Assembly: GCA_950097015.1 (NCBI GenBank)
Contig: CATNEN010000037.1
Coordinates: forward strand, 1,240,001 to 1,304,000
Source of the DNA: Macrostomum hystrix
Taxonomy: Eukaryota > Animalia > Platyhelminthes
DNA length: 64,000 nt
Direction of reading: 5' to 3'
How positions within the stretch are numbered: position 1 is the stretch's first letter; each line of letters opens with the position of its first letter. A program made the translations under genes and the position numbers. Below, in pieces: positions 1 through 12,459 of the stretch. The notes under the pieces were generated by a model that was not told the origin of the DNA, did no database searches, and saw nothing but the letters and a program-made list of their open reading frames with translations.

Positions 1-2364
1 CTCTGTAAAATAATTAACTACGACGTACATAATCAATACAATGAAATCAATAATCAACACTTTCGTGGTTTTCGCCACCAGACACCCCGACGAGAATCGT
101 TGAATATCTCGACGATGCCGATGTTTTGCGGTTCTAGAAGTTTTTTTATTGGGTAGAACGTAAAAATTTAGCCCACGTTCTGGATTTGAATGGTGATTGG
201 CTGAATATTTTCGGAGATACTGAAAGAAGAAAACTGTGGGTAGCTGAAATGAGCCCCATGGAAATGAGCACACAGGAACAAGAGCTAACTGATTGAACCA
301 AAGAGGCATGAGGAGGTTGGGATATCTGCCAGCGGATGACTGATCCCATCGCGCTTGGGCGGGGAAGGTGCAATACGTGTGCGTCAGCCGCGGGCCACAC
401 AGGGACCTCGCGTTGTAGATTTGTTTAGCTGAACAAAACACACTTCGCTTCGCATTACACCTGCTCGCCCAACGCTCTGGGATATTTATCGATAGCCAAT
501 CGCACCGTTTCACAGGCCTGTTGGGGAACTCGATGGGAAATTTCGGGCGCCGTCAATGTGTCTAGATGGCGCACATGTAATGTTGGTTGAGTTGAGCTGC
601 TGGTAGGACTCTCGTCTGGCAGAGTTTCAAGCTCAAAGCGACTTTGGCCTGCAGGGCTCGCTTGTATTTGTATCAAATCGAGACGGTGGGTGGGGCTGCG
701 CCAGCTTGAGGGGTGGGGCTGGCTTGAGGGGGCTTGAGCAGAGGTTGAGTCCCTTCTTGCACGCACTCGCAGGAATAAACGGAACGGAGAGAGAGGGAGG
801 GCGGCGGAGAGCTGGTTCTGTGTGCTCAAACCAGCTCGACCATTTATTTTCTTATTCTTCTTCTCTCCTCTTGCCCGCTCCCATTGTTTGCCCGCAAGCC
901 GATTGTGGGGTTGGCGTTCTCGATCAATATAATTGGTCTCCCTGCTGTGGCCTGTCTCAGCTCGGTGCGAGAGAGAGCATAATGGAATTTGGCCGGGGGG
1001 CTGCACAGAGGCACGCAGTGTTTTTAGCTCCGGTCTTAACCGGAACCCCTCAGCCCCACCCCCACCGTCCACCCCCTCCAAGCGGCGTCAACAGTCCCAG
1101 CTAGTCAGAAAGAATCATGAAAAGGCAGGCAGACACACAAAAGACCGTCATTGCATGCGACAAGATTGAGATGAGTTTCTGGCTGAATCAGAGGCTAGCT
1201 AGAGACATTGTAAACAGGTTGACTGCTTTTGGGCTATGCGGGTAAGCATAATTGCGGGGGCTATTGTTGTTGTTGCAACCCGAGTCTGCTAGCAGCTAGC
1301 ACAGGTGGCATTTGGGGGCTATTGTGCAGCAATCTGAGTCGGCGGGCATAAATAAATTTATTTCTCGAAGCATTGAAGCAGCATTAATTCCAGTACTCGG
1401 AATGAATGCGGCATTGTGCTGCACTCAGCTGACTCCACCTGTGTAACTAAGGCGGTAGAACAGCATTGCTTGTTAATTTAGCCCTGGCCATCGTCCACTC
1501 TGGAATGAAAGATGGTGTGCTACACAACTCAGGTGTAAAAGGTTGAGACGCCGTGGAATTCGCAATGTAAGAGATGCGTTTTCGCCACTGTCTCGGCGCA
1601 TGCCGTATGCATCCTTGTCTAACGAGTAAAAACTCGTCCAAGACCTGGTCATTTTTGCGGAGAGATGAGAATGAAAACTAGAATGATTTGAGAAGAGCTG
1701 CCTGCTTAAACTGCATCCATTTTCTTTATTAATTTGTCTGGGCTCAAGATAGGAGCAGGTAGTCGAAACTGAATTCTAAACCTGTTGCCTGAGTATGCTG
1801 CGTTTAAAATATCAAGCTTCTTTTCTATTTGTTACAACTTATGACTCTTACAGCCAGATTTCCCATTCACATAGACCCTTGGACCCTAATGTGTACCTGC
1901 GTCTGTGCAAGGCTCTCTATCTCTGTAGATTTGTTTGAAAGAAGCAAGCGATGCTCTGTGAAGTAAAGGCATATTTGAGAAACAGAAAACAGAAAAAAGC
2001 CAGCGACTTAAATTCTTTGCCTCCAAGGTCTGCAGACTGCATGGCTGCAGCTGTTGCTTAACTAAGCTCTAAGAAATGTTCTGGTCTGTTTGCTTTACTC
2101 TCCAACTGCTCTTAACTTTTTTTTACGCAAACTGTAAAAGCTTTCCACAAAACTATTCGCAACCACCTGATGCTGATTGCCGATCCAAGCTAGACTATTT
2201 GCTGTTGCCAGTTGATGCAAACGAATCTTTGACGTCTCTTATAAAAAAATTTCTCTATCGCTTTCTTGATAATTGAATGACTCACTTAATATGAGGGCTG
2301 AATTTCTTAATTTCTTAGAGAAGCCAAGCAATAGTATATTCATACTTACATATTTATAATATTT

Positions 2365-4170
2365 GTCATCGACTCCCCTCTAATCCTCCAGTGGGTCATC
2401 GACTCGCCTCTGATCCTCCAGTGGGTCATCGACTCCCCTCTGATCCTCCAGTGGGTCATCGACTCCCCTCTGATCCTCCAGTGGGTGGGTCATCGACTCC
2501 CCTCTGATCCTCCAGTGGGTCATCGACTCCCCTCTATTTCTCCAGTGGGTCATCGACTCCCCTCTATTTCTTCAGTGGGTCATCGACTCGCCTCTGATCC
2601 TCCAGTGGGTCATCGACTCCCCTCTGATCCTCCAGTGGGTGGGTCATCGACTCCCCTTTGATCCTACAGTGGGTCATCGACTCCCCTCTGATCCTCCAGT
2701 GGGTCATCGACTCCCCTCTGATCCTCCAGTGGGTGGGTCATCGACTCCCCTCTGATCCTCCAGTGGGTCATCGACTCCCCTCTATTTCTCCAGTGGGTCA
2801 TCGACTCCCCTCTATTTCTTCAGTGGGTCATCGACTCGCCTCTGATCCTCCAGTGGGTCATCGACTCCCCTCTGATCCTCCAGTGGGTGGGTCATCGACT
2901 CCCCTTTGATCCTACAGTGGGTCATCGACTCGCCTCTGATCCTCCAGTAGGTCATCGACTCCCCTCTGATCCTCCAGTGGGTGGGTCATCGACTCCCCTC
3001 TGATCCTCCAGTGGGTCATCGACTCCCCTCTATTTCTCCAGTGGGTCATCGACTCCCCTCTATTTCTTCAGTGGGTCATCGACTCGCCTCTGATCCTCCA
3101 GTGGGTCATCGACTCCCCTCTGATCCTCCAGTGGGTGGGTCATCGACTCCCCTTTGATCCTACAGTGGGTCATCGACTCGCCTCTGATCCTCCAGTAGGT
3201 CATCGACTCCCCTCTGATCCTCCAGTGGGTGGGTCATCGACTCCCCTCTAATCCTCCAGTGGGTCATCGACTCCCCTCTATTCCTCCAGTGGGTGGGTCA
3301 TCGACTCCCCTCTGATCCTCCAGTGGGTCATCGACTCGCCTCTGATCCTTCAGTGGGTCATCGACTCCCCTCTATTCCTTCAGTGGGTCATCGACTCGCC
3401 TCTGATCCTCCAGTGGGTCATCGACTCCCCTCTATTTCTCCAGTGGGTGGGTCATCGACTCCCCTCTATTTCTCCAGTGGGTCATCGACTCCCCTCTATT
3501 CCTTCAGTGGGTCATCGACTCTCCTCTAATCCTCCAGTGGGTCATCGACTCCCCTCTATTTCTCCAGTGGGTCATCGACTCCCCTCTATTTCTCCAGTGG
3601 GTCATCGACTCCCCTCTATTTCTCCAGTGGGTCATCGACTCCCCTCTATTTCTTCAGTGGGTCATCGACTCGCCTCTGATCCTCCAGTGGGTCATCGACT
3701 CCCCTCTGATCCTCCAGTGGGTGGGTCATCGACTCGCCTCTGATCTTCCAGTGGGTCATCGACTCCCCTCTGATCCTCCAGTGGGTGGGTCATCGACTCC
3801 CCTCTGATCCTACAGTGGGTCATCGACTCGCCTCTGATCCTCCAGTAGGTCATCGACTCCCCTCTGATCCTCCAGGGGGTGGGTCATCGACTCCCCTCTG
3901 ATCCTACAGTGGGTCATCGACTCGCCTCTGATCCTCCAGTAGGTCATCGACTCCCCTCTGATCCTCCAGTGGGTGGGTCATCGACTCCCTTCTAATCCTC
4001 CAGTGGGTCATCGACTCCCCTCTATTCCTCCAGTGGGTGGGTCATCGACTCCCCTCTGATCCTCCAGTGGGTGGGTCATCGACTCCCTTCTAATCCTCCA
4101 GTGGGTCATCGACTCCCCTCTATTCCTCCAGTGGGTGGGTCATCGACTCCCCTCTGATCCTCCAGTGGGT
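2365..4170. repeat. 30-bp minisatellite (with 34-bp variants)
   Basis: Unit GTGGGTCATCGACTCCCCTCTGATCCTCCA, ~58 copies. Confidence 0.95.
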
Positions 4171-4816
4171 CATCTCAAAGATTCCGATCTCAAAGATTTC
4201 GATCTCAAAGATTCCGATCTCAAAGATTCCGATCTCAAAGATTCCGATCTCAAAGATTCCGATCTCAAAGATTCTGATCTCAAAGATTCCGATCTCAAAG
4301 ATTCCGATCTCAAAGATTCCGATCTCAAAGATTCCGATCTCAAAGATTCTGATCTCAAAGATTCTGATCTCAAAGATTCCGATCTCAAAGATTCTCATCT
4401 CAAAGATTCTGATCTCAAAGATTCCGATCTCAAAGATTCCGATCTCAAAGATTCTGATCTCAAAAATTCCGATCTCAAAGATTCTGATCTCAAAGATTCT
4501 GATCTCAAAGATTCCGATCTCAAAGATTCTGATCTCAAAGATTCCGATCTCAAAGATTCTGATCGCAAAGATTCTGATCTCAAAGATTCCGATCTCAAAG
4601 ATTCTGATCTCAAAGATTCCGATCTCAAAGATTCTGATTTCAAAGATTCCGATCTCAAAGATTCTCACCTCAAAGATTCTGATCTCAAAGATTCCGATCT
4701 CAAAGATTCCGATCTCAAAGATTCCGATCTCAAAGATTCTGATCTCAAAGATTCCGATCTCAAAGATTCTGATTTCAAAGATTCTGATCTCAAAGATTCC
4801 GATCTCAAAGATTCTG
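4171..4816. repeat. 15-bp minisatellite
   Basis: Unit GATCTCAAAGATTCC, abutting the 30-bp array. Confidence 0.95.
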
Positions 4817-5606
4817 AGAGTCCACTACCTTTCTTCACAATTTTTCACAGATGCCAGTGAGTTCCATGAAATGTTGTCGTAAGCCAAATTGCGGCTTGGC
4901 TTAATAGCCATCAGTTTCATTAGGTAGTTACAAAAGCCTACAGGTAAGACCGCGGCGGAGTGGAGCCAATGTAGTTCTAGTGCTGGCGTGGCAGCTAAAG
5001 TAGCGTGCCAATTACAAAGTGCAGCAGGGCTATACATCCCATTTTATTCAGACTTTTCAAACAATCAGCATGAGGCCATTGTTGCTGAGTGGGAAGAAAG
5101 GAGCATATTTTGTTTCGCATAGAAACCCCCACTCTCTCTTGGAAACTGCCACATTTCCTTACTCTTCTCTTTCATCTTCTTTCGCGAAATAAAGTGTCCA
5201 CGCCCCAGACACACCCAGGGACACACCCAGAAAAAACAATGTCCCTCAGCAGTCAGTCCGGAGTCTACAAGTGCAGCTTCCCCTACCCCCAGAGTCTAGA
5301 TTTCGCTAGATGTTCCAGCACCAGGTGGCGGTTCCCACAGTTGAGGCAGACAGCACTGAACAAGTTATGAGTGCGCAGATTTTTTTACAAAGCTCCTACC
5401 ATCGTTTACTGCTGACGCGAGTGAGTTCGCAAAGTGGGCGCCATTTCGCATCCATGCAAAGTGAATGCATATGTGCTTCATACTTAATCAATGATTTTCA
5501 GAATAGGTCGCATTGCGACACGCATGTAGTTTGTGAATCGGATATCAATGCCGCATGGAATGCACAATAATTCAGAGTTGAGTCTCTTGGGATTATGCAC
5601 GGGTCG

Positions 5607-5835
5607 GGAGACTAGGGAGAGATGAGACTAGGGAGAGATGAGACTAGGGAGAGATGAGACTAGGGAGAGATGAGACTATGGAGAGATGAGACTAGGGAGA
5701 GATGAGACTAGGGAGAGATGAGACTAGGGAGAGATGAGACTAGGGAGAGATGAGACTAGGGAGAGATGAGACTAGGGAGAGATGAGACTAGGGAGAGATG
5801 AGACTAGGGAGAGATGAGACTAGGGAGAGATGAGA
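5607..5835. repeat. 16-bp minisatellite
   Basis: Unit AGACTAGGGAGAGATG. Confidence 0.95.
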
Positions 5836-5947
5836 CAGGTTGTCAGACAACTAGCACAGCATATGGTACAATAGAAATAGACGTGGTGAGCATGTATATA
5901 GGCAGGTATGCACAAGTTTCTGTGTACTTATGTGTACTCAAGCCAGT

Positions 5948-8687
5948 TCAGTCCAGTTCCATCACCTGCAGTCTAATTTCCAGTTTTCGCTTCTCAGCAC
6001 TGGCGCTGCTTGGCTCGCTAGCTTGAACTGCTGGCACATCGCCGTCATTTTGACAGCCAGCTGTCGGATCTTCGGCGGATGTTCTGGACAGACGGCAAAG
6101 CTGGAAGCTCACGAAAACGCCGTGAACGAGCTCCAGCAGTTCAAACAGCGTCAGCAGCGAGCAGCCCAGGTAAAGTCCGATTATACCGCCAACGTCCGAC
6201 ACAAAGTCTAGAAAAGTGTAGGACCGGCTGATGACGACAGTCGGGCCGACGATCTTGGCAGTCTTGATTGTCACCTTGGCCATAATCTGCGACGCGAAGG
6301 CTCCCATCCTAGCGCTGGCCTCCGGCGTGGCGTTTGTCATCAGGCTGGCGAACATTTTCACGAAGACTCCGTACGCTGGAAAAGAATGGCTTCGCATTGC
6401 CAGCATCTTCTGCTGTGCGATGCCCATGAACATCCTGTTTAGAATGGCGTCCTGATAGCCATTGAAATTCGGCCAGTTGCTTGAAAAGCTCTTCGCACTG
6501 TAGGTGTACTGATCGCACGGTCGTCTGCGGTTGCACGCGGCCTGCACAGCGCTCAGGTCATACGGGAAGTGATTGCTCTTCATGTCCATGCAAGCCTGGA
6601 GGAATCGCTGCCTGCTGGGAGCCGGTGCGTTCAGGTAGGCGCTCGCGTCCCAGCACTTGGTGCGGTTGCTGAAGCTGACGAGACGCGGCGCGCTCGGATC
6701 AACGCAGGACACATTTTGGTACCTGCATTTTCATTGAAGTGATCAAGATTAACTGATTCATACGGTCCTATTGCTGTCAAAATCAGCCTGCTAAGCTTAT
6801 GCGGCAGAACCGATTTAATCAAAGCGATCTTCATAAAGATTCCCATATCAAATACTCCCATGTCAAGGATTCCCATATCAAATACTCCCATATCAAAGAT
6901 TCCCCGCTCGAAGTTTCCGATCTCAAATTTTCCGATCTCAAATTTTCCGATCTCAAATTTTCCGATCTCAAAGTTTCCGATCTCAAATTTTCCGATCTCA
7001 AATTTTCCGATCTCAAATTTTCCGATCTCAAAGTTTCCGATCTCAAATTTTCCGATCTCAAAGTTTCCGATCTCAAAGTTTCCGATCTCAAAGTTTCCGA
7101 TCTTAAAGTTTTCAATCTCAAAGATTCCCAAATCAAAGTTTTAAATCTCAAAGATTCCCAAATCAAAGTTTTCAATCTCAAAGTTTCCCAAATCAAAGTT
7201 TTAAATCTCAAAGATTCCCAAATCAAAGTTTTCCATCTCAAAGTTTCCCAAATCTAAGTTTTCAATCTCAAAGATTCCCAAATCAAAGTTTTCAATCTCA
7301 AAGTTTCCCAAATCTAAGTTTTCAATCTCAAAGTTTCTTAAATCTAAGTTTTCCATCTCAAAGACTCCAAAATCAAAGTTTTCAATCTCAAAGATTCCCA
7401 AATCTAAGTTTTCAATCTCAAAGACTCCCAAATCTAAGTTTTCAATCTCAAAGTTTCCCAAATCTAAGTTTTCAATCTCAAAGATTCCCATTCCTAAAGA
7501 TATGCAGAACTAGCGTTTTAAATTTCTCTTAATTTTCAGTGATTGTAAACATTTTCACCAGTTTTCATCAAATCAGGCTTATAACGCTACCGAAGGTTCT
7601 CCTTGGACTCGATCCAGCACAGGTCGCTGCTGTACTCGTACTCATCCGCAACCCCACTGTGCGGATTCACTATCATAGCCTTTGGAGGCGACTGGTCGCA
7701 CTGAATACCCTCGTCCATCTGCAGCTTGGACATCTCAACGCCGACATAATACTCATTGCCGGGCTCCAGGAAGATGCTAGTCGCACTGTCGGTTGGATAC
7801 TCTCCAGGTGGGACAAGCATGAGACGCATGGCGATGCCGCTCTTGTAGGACATGCCGTTCTCAATGTCCCACAGCGGGTAGCCAATGCCCTCCTTAATCA
7901 GAGCGTAGGGCACCGTCTTCAGCAGGGGATTGTCCGGAAAGATGCCAGCAATAGGCGTGTCGTAGAACAGGTAAAGCGTCAGGTGGTTCCACGGATCCTT
8001 CATGAACGCTCGGCGAGAGTCGGACAAGCGGAACAGAAAGCAGTTGAGGTTGCGGGGGCTGTAGAAGTTGAAGAGCGAGCCGGTTTTGTTGGTCGCCAGC
8101 TCCAGGGCTTTGTCGTCGGAAAACAAGTCGTAGAAAATAGTTTGCTGGAACTGGTGGCCGAAGTTGTCGCTCAGAGTCTTGTAAGGCAGCGTGGCTAGCA
8201 GCATTCTGATGAAAGTCTCAGTCTCTTTGTCTGTCTGCGGAGTGAAGTTAAACTGGTTCGTAATGGCGTCGATGTGCCAGTTCAACTGCGCGATTGTCTC
8301 ATTGCTAATGAAGTGCCCGTAGCTTCCGGACATCATGGGTTGCGGACAGATGTACAAGTCTGGAAATATCATGGCCACCGAGTCTTGCTGGATGGTGGTC
8401 GTCTCCGGCTTGTCGTAGAGCTTCTGCACGAACCTGTACGCCTGGGAGGCGAAAAGACAGAGAAACAGCAGGAACAGCAGCAGCCAGATTACTTTGATGT
8501 AGTTGCGTCGGTTACCAACCATTCTGGGTATGGCGTGGGCGGTTGTCTCCGCGGCACATGCCGCCAGGCAAGCTATCAGCACACTGCGGTAAGTCACCTC
8601 GTCGGGCTTCGCATTCCCGTGTCTGATCCTTTCTCCCGGTAACTGATCCTTGTCTGCCTTGTCAGTGCTCAGCTGGTGGGCTTTCAT
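5948..8687 (-). CDS. DEG/ENaC (amiloride-sensitive sodium channel) family protein, 2 exons, ~623 aa
   Basis: Exon 1 8687-7591 (donor CG|GTAGCG) and exon 2 6722-5948 (acceptor aaatgcag|G) join in phase 2 (..ENLR-YQNVSCVD..). TM1 VIWLLLFLLFLCLFASQAY, post-TM1 FPDLYICP, Cys-rich thumb, and TM2/pore DFVSDVGGIIGLYLGCSLLTLFELLEL with a GxS filter. Confidence 0.93.
6830..7492. repeat. 15/30-bp minisatellite filling the DEG/ENaC intron
   Basis: Units TCCGATCTCAAA(G/T)TT and TTCAATCTCAAAGATTCCCAAATCTAAGTT; same family as 4171-4816. Confidence 0.93.
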
Positions 8688-11226
8688 CCTGCGGCTGGCT
8701 TTGTTTCAAAGAACAACTTCACTTCAGAGCGGCAGTTTTTTCGAATTAACCCATGGACTATGAAACAATATTATTCCCCTGAGGATTCAAACCATAGCTC
8801 CCCAGCTTATTCGTCTTTCATCTTGGTTACTATGGGGATGGGAAAACACGAGGTGAGGATTTCTTCTTTGCCTGAGCGGATGCGATCTCATGTGCATGGT
8901 AGCACCGGTAATTGGCTCAAATATAGCTACTGGCTTCATCGGACTGAGGTGAAACTTCATTCCTTGCTGTTGGTCAATCAATTTTAATTTTTAAAGGATG
9001 AGGACAATGCAGGACCGCATGCAGCCCCCTTCACCCATAAGTACTCATCAAGAAGTTGATGCTGTCTGCCGCGTAATGGTACCATTTAATTTCAAACTAA
9101 CAATATTCGTCAAGCCAACATTCTCGGCTTACCATAGATGATTGGCGAATTCGATATGCATCTGAGTGTTACTTGAGTCTACCATATGTCTACATAAAAC
9201 TTGCTCACGACGCTTTCTTCCAATGCATCTTCTTGAGAAGAATATTTTTTACGAAATCACTACAAGAGTAAAATTGCTTTAAATTAAAGGCACGTCAATC
9301 ATTCCTAAGAAAACTGTTCCTTACGCAAATCAACAGTCAAGCTAACCATTTCACGAAAGGGTCATGGCCAGGAAAATCTATACTTAAAAAAATATTTTTT
9401 AAAGTCCATCACACAACAACAGATTATTTTGCTAAGCTTGTGAAAGTTTGCTCAATTTAAACTTTGACATCTAAACTACATATAAACTACTTTGACACGT
9501 CAAACACGTCATACGACAAAGCGAGTACCGCTTACTGGAGATTAATAGGCCTACTTTAAGAGATAATATAGCAATTTTTTAATACGCATTAAAATAAATA
9601 GATATCATTGGCACTCGGTGTGACATTGCCTCACTATTAAGTTCAACTAAAGCACTTATATATGAGTTGTCACATGTACAGTAGCATGGATACCGCTGGG
9701 TACCCAATTATGTATTTAGTATGTTTCAATATTAAGCAATAAAAGTGCAAACCGCAATTTAATTTATTATAATATATAAAGCAAATGCGTCGTGATTTAT
9801 TTAATAATGTGCAGCATCTTCGATGAGGTGTAATAAAGATACGATTTTACACATAATTAGCATTTTTTGCAAGAGAACGTTATATCGTTCAGCATATTAC
9901 GAGCGTACGTTTGTAAATTAATTTGACACTTTGAAATCGTGCACAATGAATTTCCATCAAAATTGAAAGTCGCATTTCAGGAAAAGTGAAATGGATAAGT
10001 TTATGATGTAAGTATCTAATGTAAGTATATGGTGTGTGTTGCAAAAGTCGTGAATCATTGTTACGACATTTAAAATTAATCATTTCCTCGAAATAACTAC
10101 AATTGAATATAGGGCGTGTGCAATAAAAATGAAGTAACTTCTTCATTGACATTGTTCTGTGCCCTGTGGTATTGCATATAAAGTCTCTGTTGTTCGTTAT
10201 ATACAACCATACAATAGGATCGTGTTTTTCAATTCGAAGGACTTTGTTAATTACTTTCTTACCATTTTTAAACTTAATGAGTGAAAGTCTTGCGCAGTTA
10301 CATAGAAGTTTGAACATTAGGGAAAAAATTATAAATAGAAACAAAAAAAACTGGGTGCCATATGCATAAAATATATAATGAAATTAATTTGCTTTTGTTT
10401 TTTTAACAGAAAGTTTACTATGAAATATTGCATTTGTGATGTAAGTCTAATATTTATAAACTGATCTATTACATTTTTTCCTCTTCTGTAAACCTACATA
10501 TCACAACATTTTATCACATCACAGTAATGCTTGAAATTTAATACAAATTTATAAATTAAATATTGCATTTCTATCTAGAGTGAGCTTAGCTAGATTGGCT
10601 AGTTGACGTAGTGTAGTGACCAAATACAGGGATGAGTCCAGTTGATGACCATTTGACAAAATGGCAGTTGACAAAGTGACCAGCACCCAGATAGCTAGCT
10701 AGCTATTTAGTTTCTTTCGCTGAAATTTTAAGACTAGGCCTATTGGAAGCCTGGAAACACTAGGCCATATGATAGCATTGATAGGTAGCTATTACTTATG
10801 AATCTTATTAGCATTAACCTATATCTAAAGTATCTGTGAGTTTTGCTACTTTAAACATGGCAAGATTGAATAATTTAGTAGCCAAAAACCCTTGTTTTAT
10901 CACAATATTTTCTATAATTTTTAGAACACTTAATGTTCCTTAATGTAGCTAGAGATATGTCAGTAAATTCAAAGAGCTTCAGCTTATGCACTCACTACAC
11001 TTTGACTTTATTTCTTCTTAAATTTAGCCAAACATACCATATTTTATATCTTCACATTTTATATATTTTTGGGACATGAAAGCTACTCATTGGCTAGCAA
11101 TAGCAAGAAATTGAAGCCACCTAAATAGCCATTTATTGAATTTATTTAATTCACATATAATATTAGAAAATATATGCAGCTAAATTTAATTACAATTGGA
11201 AATATAAAGCTTATCCTTGCATTTTT

Positions 11227-12441
11227 ATGGCTTGTATGCTCCAGGAGTGCCAGCATCAGCAGCAGCAGCAGCAGCCGCCACTCCTCGCACATGCTAAACC
11301 CTCTGGCCAGTCACAGCCCATTGGCGCCTGTCTGCCTTTGCCAACTAGCGATTCTCCATTGCCGTCGACCGCACCTCGCCGCCGTCTCGACGTAGCCATT
11401 GGCCGACTGCACTGTGACGATGTCGACGGTGAAGGCGAGACAGACATCGGCATTCTAGTCGACCTGCCCGGCGATATCGCCATGCTGAGGTCGAACGGCG
11501 CCTTTGGCATTCTCCTCGATGCTGAATCTGGCGATGGCGAGAGTCAGCCGCTGTCTCGGCGGAGGCGACAGCCGGTACGAACTGACGGAGACGGCAGGTG
11601 GATGTTAGCCTTCCTTTTTTACTTGCCTCACTGCTTGAACGAATCTCTTAACTGTTAGCCTTTTCTCTTAATCTCATTTCTTCTTAATCTTCTATCCCGT
11701 CTCTCCCCATATTGCTTTCTCCCTTCTTCTTCTTCCCCTTCGGTCTCACCTTCTTCCTTCTAATTCGCCTTCTTCCCCTTCCGTATCGCCTTCTTCCTTC
11801 TAATTCGCCTTCTTCCCCTTCTAATTCGCCTTCTTCCCCTTCTAATTCGCCTTCTTCCCCTTATAATTCGCCTTCTTCCCCTTCCATATTGCCTGCTTCC
11901 CCCTTCTATTGTTGGTTGATTCCGTGCACACAAGTTCTTAAACTCCCCTGCGCCCCACAGATACGCCAATCTGCAGCTGCTCCTGTCCCCAGCTGAGGCA
12001 TTTTTCTTAGTCTACGCCTGCGGCTCGCTAGTGGTTTCCGGCCTCACCTGCGCCCAGCTGTGGCAGCGCCTGCTGGCCTGTTCGCCTAGATTCCCCCTGC
12101 TAGCTGCCGCCTACCAGCATTATCGATCGCGCGGCTGGGTCCCAAAGGATGGCGCCGGCGTTGGGGCAGACTTTCTGCTCTACGCCCAGGGACCCGCGTT
12201 TCATCATGCCAGCTATGCTGTGCTGGTGCTGCCTGATGAGGAGCAGCAGCTGGGCCGATCCGGCGGTCCCGGAGCCTCCTGGCGCGGCCGGCTGGCCGTG
12301 GCTCGAGTGGCCGAGCGCTGCGGCCGGCGTCTCCTGCTGTGCAGCGTCTTGCTAGACCCGGCTCAGCTGGACTGTCCATGCGAATGCCTGGCCTCGGCTC
12401 GCTTGCTTGAGACCTCGCTGACTCGACTGTCTGTGGCTTGA
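11227..12441 (+). CDS. TSEN2: tRNA-splicing endonuclease subunit Sen2-like, divergent; 5' end uncertain
   Basis: Exon ~11245(or ATG 11227)-11597 and exon 11961-12441 join in phase 2 (AG|gtggat ... ccacag|A). The N-terminal DIAMLRSNGAFG resembles Sen2 DIEQLYGKGYFG. LLLSPAEAFFLVYACGSL and AYQHYRSRGWVPK..GADFLLYAQGPAFHHASYAV resemble the human TSEN2 catalytic region as recalled. Confidence 0.85.
11757..11885. repeat. 21-bp CT-rich repeat in the TSEN2 intron
   Basis: Unit CTAATTCGCCTTCTTCCCCTT. Confidence 0.85.
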
Positions 12442-12459
12442 GACTGCGGCACTCAGATG

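Noticed and set aside
2658-4860. Long repetitive ORFs in the ORF track (also 12645-14865, 19545-22841, 23202-24750, 29714-30728, 34908-35896, 36438-36821, 38883-40233, 51701-52445)
   Set aside because: They are translations of stop-free minisatellite units, often open on both strands and in several frames, with no splice or domain support.
7539-8198. Antisense ORFs over real genes (e.g. 7539-8198, 26370-26999, 28092-28613, 42615-43283, 54321-54590)
   Set aside because: These are shadow ORFs of GC-rich coding sequence on the opposite strand.
8787-9200. Separate small gene upstream of DEG/ENaC-1
   Set aside because: The 64-aa ORF has a non-ATG start and no recognisable motif; it is more likely 5' UTR or intergenic sequence.
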